From assembly GCF_964204645.1 (NCBI RefSeq), contig NC_134036.1, positions 7,726,812 to 7,790,811 of the forward strand: 64,000 bases of DNA, given 5' to 3'. The notes below the pieces were generated by a model that searched no databases, was not told the DNA's origin, and worked only from the letters and a program-made list of their open reading frames with translations. This document shows positions 1 through 11,349 of the stretch, piece by piece. The DNA is from Tubulanus polymorphus. Its lineage: Eukaryota > Animalia > Nemertea. The position numbers and the translations under genes were made by a program. How positions within the stretch are numbered: position 1 is the first letter of the stretch; every line of letters begins with the position of its first letter.

Positions 1-1982
1 TAGAATGTTGAAATTTTATCTAAAACGAGGAATGAAATTAAAGAAAGTACAAAGATATATTGAATTTAATCAATCGAAGTGGTAAGAAAAATATATAGAT
101 TTCAATACTCAACAGAGAACAATATCAAAAACAGATTTTGAAAAAGATTTCTTCAAATTAATGAATAATAGTTTTTATGGTAAAACATGTGAAAATATTA
201 GAAATAGAAATGATATTGAATTAGTAAATAATTCTGAAAGATTAAGACATTTACAATCAAGTCCTAGACATTTAGGAAATAAAAGATTTGAAGATTATTT
301 AACAGCAGTTAAATTAAAAAGAACATCAATGAAATTTAATAAACCTATATTTATTGGTTCGACTGTTTTAGAAGTATCAAAATTATTAATGTATGATTTT
401 TATTATAATGTTTTACAACCACTTTTTGGGGAAAAGCATATTGGAATATTATATTTTGATTCTGTAACAGCTGACACCCCAATATTATTAAAATGTAATG
501 ATAAAATGTTGATAAGAAGAATTTCAGAAATAATTCCAAAACAAAATGAATGTTATATTTCATATGGAGAAAAAGAATTAATACAAATAAATGGATTAAT
601 GGATGTTTGGACAAGAAATGAATGGAAAAAATTAAAGAATATTATTAGACATAAAACAAATAATAAAATCTATAGAGTTAGAACTAAATTAGGGTTCGTA
701 GATGTTACAGAAGATCATAGTTTAATTAAACGAAATGGCGATGAAATAAAACCAACTGATATAAAAATTGGAGATGAATTATTACATAAAAGATTTTTCC
801 AAAGAATGAATCATATGTCATTTGATGAAATAATTGATAATATTTATAATATAGAACCCGAAACATTAGAAGAAAAAGAATATTTTATCAAAGGATTTTT
901 CATGGGTGATGGTTCAGCAGGTGTGTATAATTATGTTAATCGCACTCAATATTGCTGGTATTTATGCAATCAAGACTTAAAATTATTAGAAAGAATTAAG
1001 AAATTCTGTGAAGAAGTTTATTCACATAAAACATTCAAAATCATAGATGTTATGAAATCATCGCAACGTTATAGAATACATGTGAATAATCCTAAAGATT
1101 TTGCTATAAAATATAATAACGAATTCTATATTCATGCAATAGTGAAAAGTAATACTTCAACTAAAGAAAAGATAGTTCCAGATTATGTATTAAATGCAAA
1201 CAATAATTTAAGAAAATGGTTCTTCATTGGATTCTACGCAGCCGATGGTACTAAAAGTTTCAAAAACCGCAAAACATTATCTTTAGCTCAAAAAGGAAAA
1301 GTTGCTATATCAGGCTTAAATATATTATGCAATTCATTAGGTTTTAATATGAATATTGGATTGATTAAATCTAAACCAAATTGCTTTAATTTAAAGCCAT
1401 GTAGAAAATGAGTTAACTGAAGAAGTTAAAGATTTATTTGAAATATATAACCCAACAGATTATGTTTATGATTTATCAACTGAAGATGGTACATTTAACT
1501 GTGGATTTCCATTAATAGCCAAAAATACTGACGCCTACATACTAAAAATCAAGACAAACGACATAACAAAAGACTTAACAACATTAAAACATCATTTTGA
1601 TTTTAGCAATTATCCCAAAGATCATGAACTATTTAGCAATGATAATAAAAAGATTCCAGGTAAATTTAAAGATGAATTAGGGGGTGATGAAATGATTTAA
1701 TTTGTTGGGATAAGAAGTAAAATGTATAGTTACAGAACAAAAGATCATGAAGCTAAAAAGTTAAAAGGAATAACAAAACATGTGGTTGATAAACATATAG
1801 AATTTCAAGATTATATAGAGTGTTTATATAAATCAATTGTAATGAAACACAAAATGAATTGTTTAAGATCAGAAGATCATGAGATGTACATTAATGAAGT
1901 TGAAAAAACTAGTTTAAATCCATTTGATGATAAAAGGCATATTTTAGATGATGGTATAAAAACATTACCTTATGGTCATTAA
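1..1982 (+). pseudogene. polB: pPolB 3' part with intein (element A)
   Basis: Nonsense codons at 83-85 and 1698-1700, +1 frameshift at ~1397. Confidence 0.9.
461..1526 (+). mobile_element. Intein allele in element A (frameshifted)
   Basis: SVTADTP...PLIAKN|TD; 1066 nt versus 1065 nt in C. Confidence 0.92.
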
Positions 1983-3296
1983 AACATAAAATCAATATCA
2001 TCATACTCGAAATCACTATTGGCTTCTTCATTTTCATTTAATTGTTCAGGTTCTTCTTCCATTCCATTTTTCTCATTTAAATAAAGTTCTATCTTGTTCC
2101 ACATTTCATCTCGCTCTCTTTGTTTCTTTTTGTTTGTTAATTCATCAAATGGAATTATAATATCTATGTTTAAATAATTTACAATCTTATTTAAAAAGAA
2201 TTCATAATTTATTGAATCTGTTATTCTATTTTCTAAATGATACATTAATATTTGTTTGAATATTTTTTTTATATTTTCCGTATCTTCTGATAATTTAGGT
2301 TTTTCATAATAATCGTTAAATAATAAATATAAATACATTTTCTTTTCTTTTGTGTTAATCAAATGTTGACGGAATAATTGTATTTATAATATCTTTTTTA
2401 GTTATTTCACCATTTTTATTTTCTATTATTTTCATTTTTTCAAGCCATTGCATATATTCTGGTGTATGATCTTCCATAGAAAATATTTTTAAAATTTCAT
2501 CTAGATAATTTAATTTTGGATCTATGAGAAAATCTCTAGTTTTTTCTTCACCCAATAAATTCTTTTGCCATCCACATTCATTACAAAATAACACAGTACC
2601 TTCTTGTCTTAAGGTCGCATAACTACATTGTGGACATTTTCGTTTATAATTTATTGGTAATATATCTTCATTAAGCTCCTGGTATTTTCTTACGTTTTCT
2701 TTATGTTTTATTGTTCTATTATGTAGATTTGAATTACTTGTTGTAATAATCAATTTACAATATTTACAATAATATGTTTTTCTTGTTAATTCATTATATT
2801 GTTTTTCTAACTTTTCAACTGTTTCTTTATTATCTGGTTACGTTTTCTCATATTTTATTTTTTCTAATAAATTATTTTTTCTTTCATTGAATTCAGTTTC
2901 AAATTTATTAGAAATTTTATCTATATGTGCTTTACGAAATTCATGATTCTCCCAATCTTCTATATTTTCAGGGCTATATTTTATTCGACAAGGCTCACAG
3001 AAATGATCTTTTATATTATCCTTATCATAGAATAAGAAAGGTCTTTTCCAAAAAACTTCAGGTTCAACTTCGGCAGAATTACTATTACTTTCATTACTAT
3101 CAACATTAGCCGTTGCGCCATTAATTCTACACTTCTCTGAATGTTTTTAAACATAATTTCTTGAGAATAATTTATTACATTTTGGGCAGTTTATTTTAGG
3201 GGGTTTATAATTTTCATCATATTTTTTCATATGTCGAGCCATATTACTTTTTCTTAGAAGTTCACCACAAATTTCGCATGCTATCTTCTCATCCAT
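1979..3296 (-). pseudogene. Zinc-finger protein pseudogene (element A)
   Basis: Homologous to 37944-39260; several frameshifts and stops. Confidence 0.8.
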
Positions 3297-3364
3297 TTAT
3301 TTAGGAAAAATTTTATTAAAATTAATTTTTAGTGATGAGCGGTATTTTTTTTACGTTATAAATA

Positions 3365-4131
3365 ATGGTAGAATTAAAAGAATACAGGATATTTGTTGAT
3401 TCAAGAAAACTTACAAATTATAAATCTCATAATTTACTAGTACAATTAGATAGAGAATTTAAGAATTGTGTAGATTTAAAATTAGTTAATATAAGTTTAT
3501 GTAATTCTATTTATAATATATCGAATAAAACTATTGAACATAACACTTTTTTAATTCATATTAGAAATATAAATAAATGGTTTCATCTATTTCTAAGACC
3601 AGGATTATATAATTTAGAAACATTAGCTCAAGAAATTAATCGTAGAGCACGGTTGAAAATTAGAAAAGATGATAAATTTTTAATAAGATTTATAAAAAGT
3701 GATAGCCCAAATAAAATTAAAATAAAGGTATTTGATGAAAGTCAACATGCATTTATAGTAAAAAAACCATTAGCTAAATTGCTAGGAATTGCACCAGATG
3801 TTGTTACAGTAAACGTAGAAGACATTTCAAATATAATACCTTTTACACACTTTTATATTTATTGCAATTTAATTGATCCTACAAAAACGATAAAACTATT
3901 ATCGCAACTAAAGATACAACATGTAATTCTAGTATATTCAATATTTTACCATTGAAGAATGTTAAACAATTTGGAACGCAAATAAATTATAATTTAACAG
4001 AATGTGATTTCAAACCTTGTATTCCACATTTCAATAATTTTGAATTATAAATAAGAAATCATAATGGTTATTTAATTGATTTGAATAACTTTCCTGTAAT
4101 ATATGAATTAGTTATAAGATGTAGAGAGTAA
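3365..4131 (+). pseudogene. Penton-like gene (element A), frameshifted at ~3890
   Basis: Homologous to 37078-37875. Confidence 0.8.
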
Positions 4132-4147
4132 TTTTTTCATTATATAA

Positions 4148-4504
4148 ATGAATATAACTGTTGGACCGAGTATATGTTTTGGATTTGATTTTAAACGTGA
4201 GAAAGAAATGAAATTTAACATTACTGATGTAATTACACATATTAAAAATATTGCATTTTCTAATGAAACAACATTTGAGTATGAAACAACAATAGATAAA
4301 GAAACTTTAAATGTAGAAAAGATTACTAATTTAATTAGAGAATCTTTAAGATTTTATGAATTAGATGAAGATTTTATCATCGATGATATTAAAAAAATAA
4401 TAATTGAAATATATACAAATGAAACTAGTAATGAAATAAATGTTGAATTAATCATAAATAAGTTAACTAAATATTTTGATGATAGTAATTTTTTTGATAA
4501 ATAA
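4148..4504 (+). CDS. Hypothetical protein (118 aa, element A)
   Basis: Orthologue of 36705-37061. Confidence 0.7.
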   Translation: MNITVGPSICFGFDFKREKEMKFNITDVITHIKNIAFSNETTFEYETTIDKETLNVEKITNLIRESLRFYELDEDFIIDDIKKIIIEIYTNETSNEINVELIINKLTKYFDDSNFFDK

Positions 4505-4726
4505 ATGAGTGATAATAAGTGGATAATAACTGGATTATATAATGGCGCATTACTATCAGTTGGAACTGTTGGTTATTCAATGGTATTAAAAAAAGTATTC
4601 AAAATGGGAAGTGTTAATGTTGATAGATTTGATATCAATGATATCTTAAAATTAACATTAGCAGTTACTTTATCTAATTTAACTATTGATTATTTGGAAA
4701 AACAAAAATATATTCCTCCCATATAA
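4505..4726 (+). CDS. Small membrane protein (73 aa, element A)
   Basis: Orthologue of 36483-36704. Confidence 0.7.
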   Translation: MSDNKWIITGLYNGALLSVGTVGYSMVLKKVFKMGSVNVDRFDINDILKLTLAVTLSNLTIDYLEKQKYIPPI

Positions 4727-4750
4727 ATGCATAATTTTTTTGCTAAATAA

Positions 4751-5173
4751 ATGGCTTCTGCAATTATAACTATTATAGGATCGGCAATTGTTAACGCTTT
4801 AGCATTTACTGGTGGTGGATATTTATTTAAACATATTGATAAAAATAGTTCATTAGGAGAACAAAGAAGACATAATTTAGCATTAGAGAAATACAATAAA
4901 GCAGCAGAAGAATATAAAGAAAAACGACAAAACTATATGGATTACATGAATAAAGAATTATATGATCAGAAGATTTCACATAGAGATTTTCAATCAGTTG
5001 ATGATGCAATGAGTTTATATAACGCAGTAACAAATAAAGAAAAATTACATCTATACAAACCTAAATTATCAGATTATTATACCCCAAGTAAAGAACAACA
5101 GAAATATGAAATAATTTGGATTTTAGGTGGAACTGTTATTGTTATATTTGTTGCTTATAAGTTTACTAATTAG
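4751..5173 (+). CDS. Membrane/structural protein (140 aa, element A)
   Basis: Orthologue of 36036-36458. Confidence 0.7.
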   Translation: MASAIITIIGSAIVNALAFTGGGYLFKHIDKNSSLGEQRRHNLALEKYNKAAEEYKEKRQNYMDYMNKELYDQKISHRDFQSVDDAMSLYNAVTNKEKLHLYKPKLSDYYTPSKEQQKYEIIWILGGTVIVIFVAYKFTN

Positions 5174-5192
5174 TAATTTTTTTTCTAAATAA

Positions 5193-5948
5193 ATGGAAGA
5201 TAATATTGATATTATTCCTCATGATATAAATAAAACTAAATTAAAAATATATTTAGAAAAACAAATATTAGAATTTGAAAGTGATTTAAAAGTTAAAAAG
5301 AAAAAATATTTAAAAAGTAAAATTATATATTATTTGATTATTAGTGGTTCGGTTACAATTAGTTCTGTAATAACATGTGACGTTCCAATTGAAAAAACTT
5401 TAGATGATTTAGGAATAACAGAAAACAAATTAATTCCAGATGATGGTGCTTTAAATAATGTTACAACAAATAATAATTATGAATATTATCTTTATTGCAA
5501 ACATCAATTAGAAATATTAATAGCATCTGGAAAATGTAAAAATTTTGTCAATAAAAATTTAACTTATAATGAATTAGATACAATGAAATCAGATGAAATT
5601 ATTAGATTATTTAAGATTTATGAAGCCGCGAGAACAGCTAAAATTAATGACGCGATATCAGAAAATGTAGTAAAAGGTAATAGTAAATTATGTAATTATA
5701 TACTACCAATTGAAGATGAAAATAGATTATATTCCGATTTAAAAAATGATTATTTAGTTATGACTGAATTAAATAAATGGATTGGATATTTATCGTTTCA
5801 ATTAGGTGGATTTATGACATTATTATCAACTGGGGTTATAACATTTTCAAATATTGAAAGTAAAAATATTTCTATAATAAATGAGCGAGGTGAAAGAAGT
5901 GAAGGAATTAAATGTGAAGAAAAAACCGAGAACTCAGAAACAAATTGA
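5193..5948 (+). CDS. Chimeric ORF created by deletion (144-aa gene 5' half fused to 201-aa gene)
   Basis: Junction SSVIT|CDVPIEK at 5376/5377. Confidence 0.85.
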   Translation: MEDNIDIIPHDINKTKLKIYLEKQILEFESDLKVKKKKYLKSKIIYYLIISGSVTISSVITCDVPIEKTLDDLGITENKLIPDDGALNNVTTNNNYEYYLYCKHQLEILIASGKCKNFVNKNLTYNELDTMKSDEIIRLFKIYEAARTAKINDAISENVVKGNSKLCNYILPIEDENRLYSDLKNDYLVMTELNKWIGYLSFQLGGFMTLLSTGVITFSNIESKNISIINERGERSEGIKCEEKTENSETN

Positions 5949-6249
5949 ATGGTCTCGGCAATTAGGGATTAAATCACAAGAATATAAAAAAGCTGTAAAA
6001 GAAAAAATAAGTAATAAAAATGTTAAAAAAAATGGTGAAAATATTGTTATTTCTACTCCTTCTGATAATAGAATATTTGATAAATATTTATATTTTACAG
6101 TTGGATTTGTAATTGTATTCATTTTGATTGGGTGTAAATGGTGTAAGAAATCAAATAAAATTCATGATATTAATAATTCTGAACCAACTGCTATCAAAAA
6201 TGAAAGTACTTCTGAAATTCCAAAATTGATAATACAAAAAAAGGATTAA
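5881..6249 (+). CDS. Basic single-pass membrane protein (element A)
   Basis: Orthologue of 28553-28948. Confidence 0.7.
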   Translation: MSEVKEVKELNVKKKPRTQKQIEWSRQLGIKSQEYKKAVKEKISNKNVKKNGENIVISTPSDNRIFDKYLYFTVGFVIVFILIGCKWCKKSNKIHDINNSEPTAIKNESTSEIPKLIIQKKD

Positions 6250-6716
6250 TATTTTAGAAAAAAAGCAAAAAAAAATAATTTTTTTTAATTAATTGAATAT
6301 CTCACTACTTTTGTCTATCTATGCGGAGCAATTAAATTGTCCAGATAAGTCATTTCGGATTCGAGATATTCATTATTTTTATTAATTTATTTTGTTTTTA
6401 CTTGAATATTGTATTACAGTCGTTTCTTATTATTAGTTTTTTCTTAAATTGAAAGATGACAACACTGGGTATGATAAAATGAATATTTGAATTTGAATTT
6501 GTTAATCAATTAACATAGTAATTGATTACTAATTTGATTAAAAATTATATCATAATTAAGTTAAAAATCCATAATTCATTTATCAGTTTTCATTCTTATA
6601 TTCTTTTCATTCGAAATAATTTATAATTTCAAATTTCACATATTTTTTTAGCACCAGCAACATTTACTTAGGTGTTTTAGCTAAGTATATAAGGCAATTC
6701 ATTCAACCACTGGAGT

Positions 6717-7004
6717 GCCGCCGGGCTTGTCTTGCAGGGGCATTTCGAAAATGCACCTTTGTCCACCCTCCGTGGTTCTCCTTCAGTTTCGACTTTCGAT
6801 CCTCCTTTCGGGGTAAGGGGTTGATAGGAAATGCATTAGGCGCCTTAAATATAATGTGTTTCCTGTCAACCATTGAAGGAGAATTGGTGAGGCGTGGGTC
6901 ACAGGGGTGTAAGTAGAAATGCTTGGGGATAGGTATCTCGTGGCGCCTCTCAATAACGGGATGCTTATCCCCTAAAAACTCTGCGAGTCAAGTCGGGTGG
7001 TTTT
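6717..7004 (+). ncRNA. Structured RNA, element A allele
   Basis: Stems 6819-6838/6852-6871 and 6925-6941/6956-6972; closing helix 6717-6729/6989-7001; TATATAA at 6686 and TTTT at 7001. Confidence 0.75.
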
Positions 7005-7361
7005 GCTAAAACTTACCGTAAAAACATTGAAATATTCCTTTTAATCACGAGAGAATGATGACTATCCTCCTGTCGTCACGGCCGAGCTAATTTAAATAAA
7101 CCTCGCTTTCAGCAACCAATGAAAACGTGGTAGTTCAATGCCGGCTAACTGGCTTGTGTGTGTTGTATGTACTGCGTGCTTAATATATAACTGCTAGCTA
7201 TCCAATATAACAACAACGTTGTGCAACACCTGTTTGATTGATCAATATTCAAATGAAGCACTCTCATATAATAACATGTAACAGATGTTTGACTGTATGA
7301 TTGTAGTTGTTTATAAAACGACTAAGGTCATTTTTAGATATTCATTATTTTTATTTTTTAT

Positions 7362-7688
7362 TTAATCAACAATTTCCAAATCATGATGACCGTCTTCATT
7401 TTTCCCATGATATATTATTTTAAATCCTACTAAATCTTTCAATTCCTCTGTACTCAATGAAACCCATTTATCGGGTAAAAACACTTTAAATTCTCGTGAT
7501 GTACTAACATTACAGTAGTTTAAATTAGCTGATACTTTCTCTCCATATTTAGTTTTTATCTTTTCTAATTTCAATATCTTATGTTCAATTTCTTTTGTAA
7601 CATCAACTAACTTTTTTATTTCAAATTGTTTTTTTGTTGGTTTAATTCTGTTATTTATTGTTGCTAAGAATGCTTTTCTATCTCCCAT
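7362..7688 (-). CDS. Hypothetical protein (108 aa, element A)
   Basis: Orthologue of 27244-27570. Confidence 0.7.
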   Translation of the reverse strand: MGDRKAFLATINNRIKPTKKQFEIKKLVDVTKEIEHKILKLEKIKTKYGEKVSANLNYCNVSTSREFKVFLPDKWVSLSTEELKDLVGFKIIYHGKNEDGHHDLEIVD

Positions 7689-7768
7689 TTATTAGGAAAA
7701 AAAATTACTTGTGGTGATGAGTGGTCGACCTTCGACCTCTGATCTGAAAGCCTACTTTCCCAATTACT
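7684..7768 (-). repeat. TIR of element A
   Basis: Begins AGTAATT (minus strand); shares TTTCAGATCAGAG and CCACTCATCACCACAAGTAATTTT blocks with the C TIR. Confidence 0.85.
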
Positions 7769-7989
7769 AATGTGGTGTGAGAATTAGTGATGTATTGATC
7801 CCACTAGAGGTCGGTAGTGTAATTTGAAAAAGCGATACATGAAAACCATTAATATACATATATACGACCTAGAAAAGTTTCATCACGTGTGGTTTCTTTG
7901 ATTTTCCCCGGTATTTATGTCGCTATTTGGTAGAAATGCCTTCAGTCAGACTGTGCACATGCACACCACCTCAGCCAATAGTAAACCCG

Positions 7990-8390
7990 ATAAAAGAAAA
8001 TGTTGAAAATTCGGAAAATATATTCATTAAAAACTGAAGTCATCCTCAACCCACCTTATCAATCATCCCCCATCAACAAACGACTAGACCATTTTGAAAA
8101 TACTCGAGAAAATGAAACACGACCGAAGCCGATATTAAAACGGGTAAAAGAAATTGTTGATAATTCGGAAAATATTTACATTAACAACTGATGTCATCCT
8201 TATCCTCCTTTTCTTACATCCCCGGGTAACAAACGACTCGACCATTCTGAAAATACTCGAGAAAACCAAACACGACCGAAGCCGTTATTAAAACACATGA
8301 AACAGAAGGTTGAAAATTCGGAAAATATTTACATTAAAAACTGAAGTCACCCTCACTCATCCTTGTCAACCATCCTCCAGCAACTACCAG
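7990..8390 (+). repeat. ~155-bp satellite-like repeat (also at ~17480-17690, 50940-51250, 51530-51850, 59330-59780, 60400-60720)
   Basis: Recurrent aaaactgaagtcatcctcaa ... cacgaccgaagccga units. Confidence 0.8.
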
Positions 8391-8419
8391 TTACTTTGTA
8401 AATATTTCACCGGATGAAC

Positions 8420-11078
8420 CCCCAAATAATAATAATTCTATACAAGATAAAGTTAAAGATGGTCTAATGAAATGCAAAATATCTATGAAAATTATCTAAA
8501 AAATCTGCTGCACCATGACCAGGTATTAAATAATTATTTCATATTAATAACACGTTCAAGATTGATTATTGAAAATTTAGATCAAGGACTAGAAAAAAAA
8601 AGAATTCTATTATGATGATTTAATTGATAATTTTAAACCAATATAGACAAAATGTGGATTTAATGTAACTAATAAAATGTGGAGTATTTGGCACCAGATT
8701 TGAAATATTTAGATGGTGATTATTATTGGCGTTTCAAAGATGACTATGATTTTAAGATATCTTCTTATAAATGTCGTGATAAAATAGTAACAAAATCAAC
8801 TTTGGCTAAATTGGAACAATCTAGAATTAAAAGAGTAAGTAATAAGAATGATTTAACTGATGTTACAGAACAAGAAATAACTCTAAATAGAAGAGAATTT
8901 AATCAAAGAAATGATTATATTTCGAAGATGATTCATGAAAATTTAGAACCAGAAACAATCCCAAAAGAAGTTATTAATTCAAAAACCAGTAAACCTAGAT
9001 CATCGGGATTTCAAACTGAAAAACTTTTACCGGAAGGAGTAATTGGTTTAACAGATCAATAAATAGAAGCTTTAACTATGTTTCATGAACAATTCCTCTG
9101 AGAAATTATTAGTATAAGAAATGAAGCTGAGAAAATTGTACATGAAAAAATTACGACTTTTGAAGATTAATCATCTAAATCAAATAAAGAATAAGAACAA
9201 TTAAGATCGGATTTAGATCGTCAAGTAATTGAAGAAATGTAATATAGACAAAATGAATTACGTTTAGAAGAAGAAATTGATAATTTAAAAGAAAATTCAA
9301 AAGTACAGAAAAAGAAAAAAAAATGATTTATTCAAATCAGGTGCTAATAGAATTTAAAGATTAAAAGATATTTTTAAATAATTATTAATAAATAAAACCA
9401 ACTTTTGAATTATCATTAAAAGATAGAATAAAATCATTATTTGAATTAAAAGGTATAACAAGATGTGTCTAAAGAAATTAGCAAAATATTTATGGGAATT
9501 ATCTAAAAAATCTGCTGCAGCATTACCTGGAATTATGGCATTAATTGATCGTTTTATTTTTAAAGTCTGTTGGAAATATTATTAGTTTTACTGCTTAACA
9601 TATTATTGTATTTTTAATTGCAGTTGTTAGTGCTATTATTTTCGGATTTTTAAATATGATAAAAAGTAGATAAGTAAGCTTTTTTATTAATAACTGGTGA
9701 ATGTAAAATATATAGATCCTTCAAATAATTCGAGAATATCTAATGCAAATCAAGCAGAACGTAATCATCATATAATTTCTCAATCCTTCAAGTAAAATAT
9801 TAATCCAAATGAAACTTTATATGTTAGAATTCCTAGATTAAATCAAAATACTTTTTATGCTTATCAAGCAGTATGTATTTATCAGCTGATAGGCTGAGAT
9901 TTCAGCCTATTCTTCTGTAAAACGTATATGGCGCCAAGTAAAACAAGATAAATTAAATAAGCTAATCCCACAAAATTTTGTAAAATATAAAGATATGAAT
10001 GAATTTACGTTAGAACAACGTAATGAAAAATGAAAAATCTTTAAAACAATGAAAAATCTTTAAAAAGATAATATTGGTTGATATTGAATATAATTGATTT
10101 TTTAGTCGTTATGTATGGAGTTTCCGACTATCCAGAAAAGATGCTGTACAAACATCAAAAGGTTCAAGAAAATTTCTTTCAGGTCCTGCGAATCCAGAAT
10201 AAAATAGAATTTGATGATGGAAAAGAATTTGATAATTCATTTGTTCATGGACTCTTAGATTTTTTAACAACATTGGATAAGAAAGCAGCTGAAGCAGAGA
10301 ACAAGAATGTGGAAATATTTTACAGCAAATAATACTTTTAAATGGATTTATATTTAACAAAAATTAATAGAAGGATATAATAATTCTTATCATTCGTCCA
10401 TTGGAATGAAACCTATTGATGTTAGAAAATATGAAAATGCTGAAATTGTTTGCCATAATTTATATGGAGCATTTCTTGTAGATGATTTTGGTGAACCTAT
10501 CTATATAAAGTTGGTCAGTAAGTAATAACAACAAAACCGTATGTCAATGAATTAGTAGATTTTGAAGGTGAAGAAGTTGATTGGTAGTTTATGAAGACGA
10601 ATTAATTCTAACTACTGAAAAACTAGAACAAGAATATAAAATTGAAAAAAAAAAAAATTAAAAACAAAAACTGCTAAAGAAAAAAATATTTTTAGTAAAA
10701 TGAGTTGGATGGCTAGATAAATTTAATGAATTGATATCATTAAGTGAAATTAAAAATATGTAAATCAATGAGGAATTATTTATATTTCAACATCATAATA
10801 TGTCATTTTCTCGTGTAACAAAATGTGGAAAAACTTATTTTTATATTGAATTCATTAGAAACTGTTTATAATAACTATTTTGATATATTAGTATTATTTT
10901 GTCTAAGATATGAATTCAATAAAACTTATAATAGGAACATTACTAGAAATACTAAAATTATTGTATTAGATCCTAGATTGTATTAGATAACAGTTAAAGA
11001 AAAATTTAGATAATTGTATTAAAATAGCAATTGATACATTGATACATCTAATACATTATTTAATATAGATAATTGTGA
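8420..11078 (+). pseudogene. Degraded Polinton fragment: 476-aa homologue, MCP 5' end, integrase, ATPase 5' end
   Basis: Collinear similarity to C 34235-30080 with many stops and indels. Confidence 0.85.
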
Positions 11079-11349
11079 CGTAAGCGGGCATTCGAAAATG
11101 AACCAAGAACCGATGACAGAGTTTCTGCCAAATCTTAAGAGAGTCAATAAGATGGTGAATCGCAATACGATATGATCGGTCGTGGCGGAATATCCTTCAT
11201 ATAATGTTTGAAAGTCCGCAGAGATAAGGAAGCGACGGTAACCGTTTTGAAACATCGTTATCTTTGTAATTCGCAATAATCATATGATTCAATATGCTCA
11301 AACTCATTGCGGTTTCATAATAATATATTCAATTATATAAAATTTGAAT

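Larger units (their letters stand above)
1..7768 (+). mobile_element. Internally deleted sister Polinton copy (element A), truncated by the window start
   Basis: Closely similar to C in opposite orientation; TIR ends CAATTACT at 7768; lacks ~6.4 kb (C 29453-35823). Confidence 0.92.
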
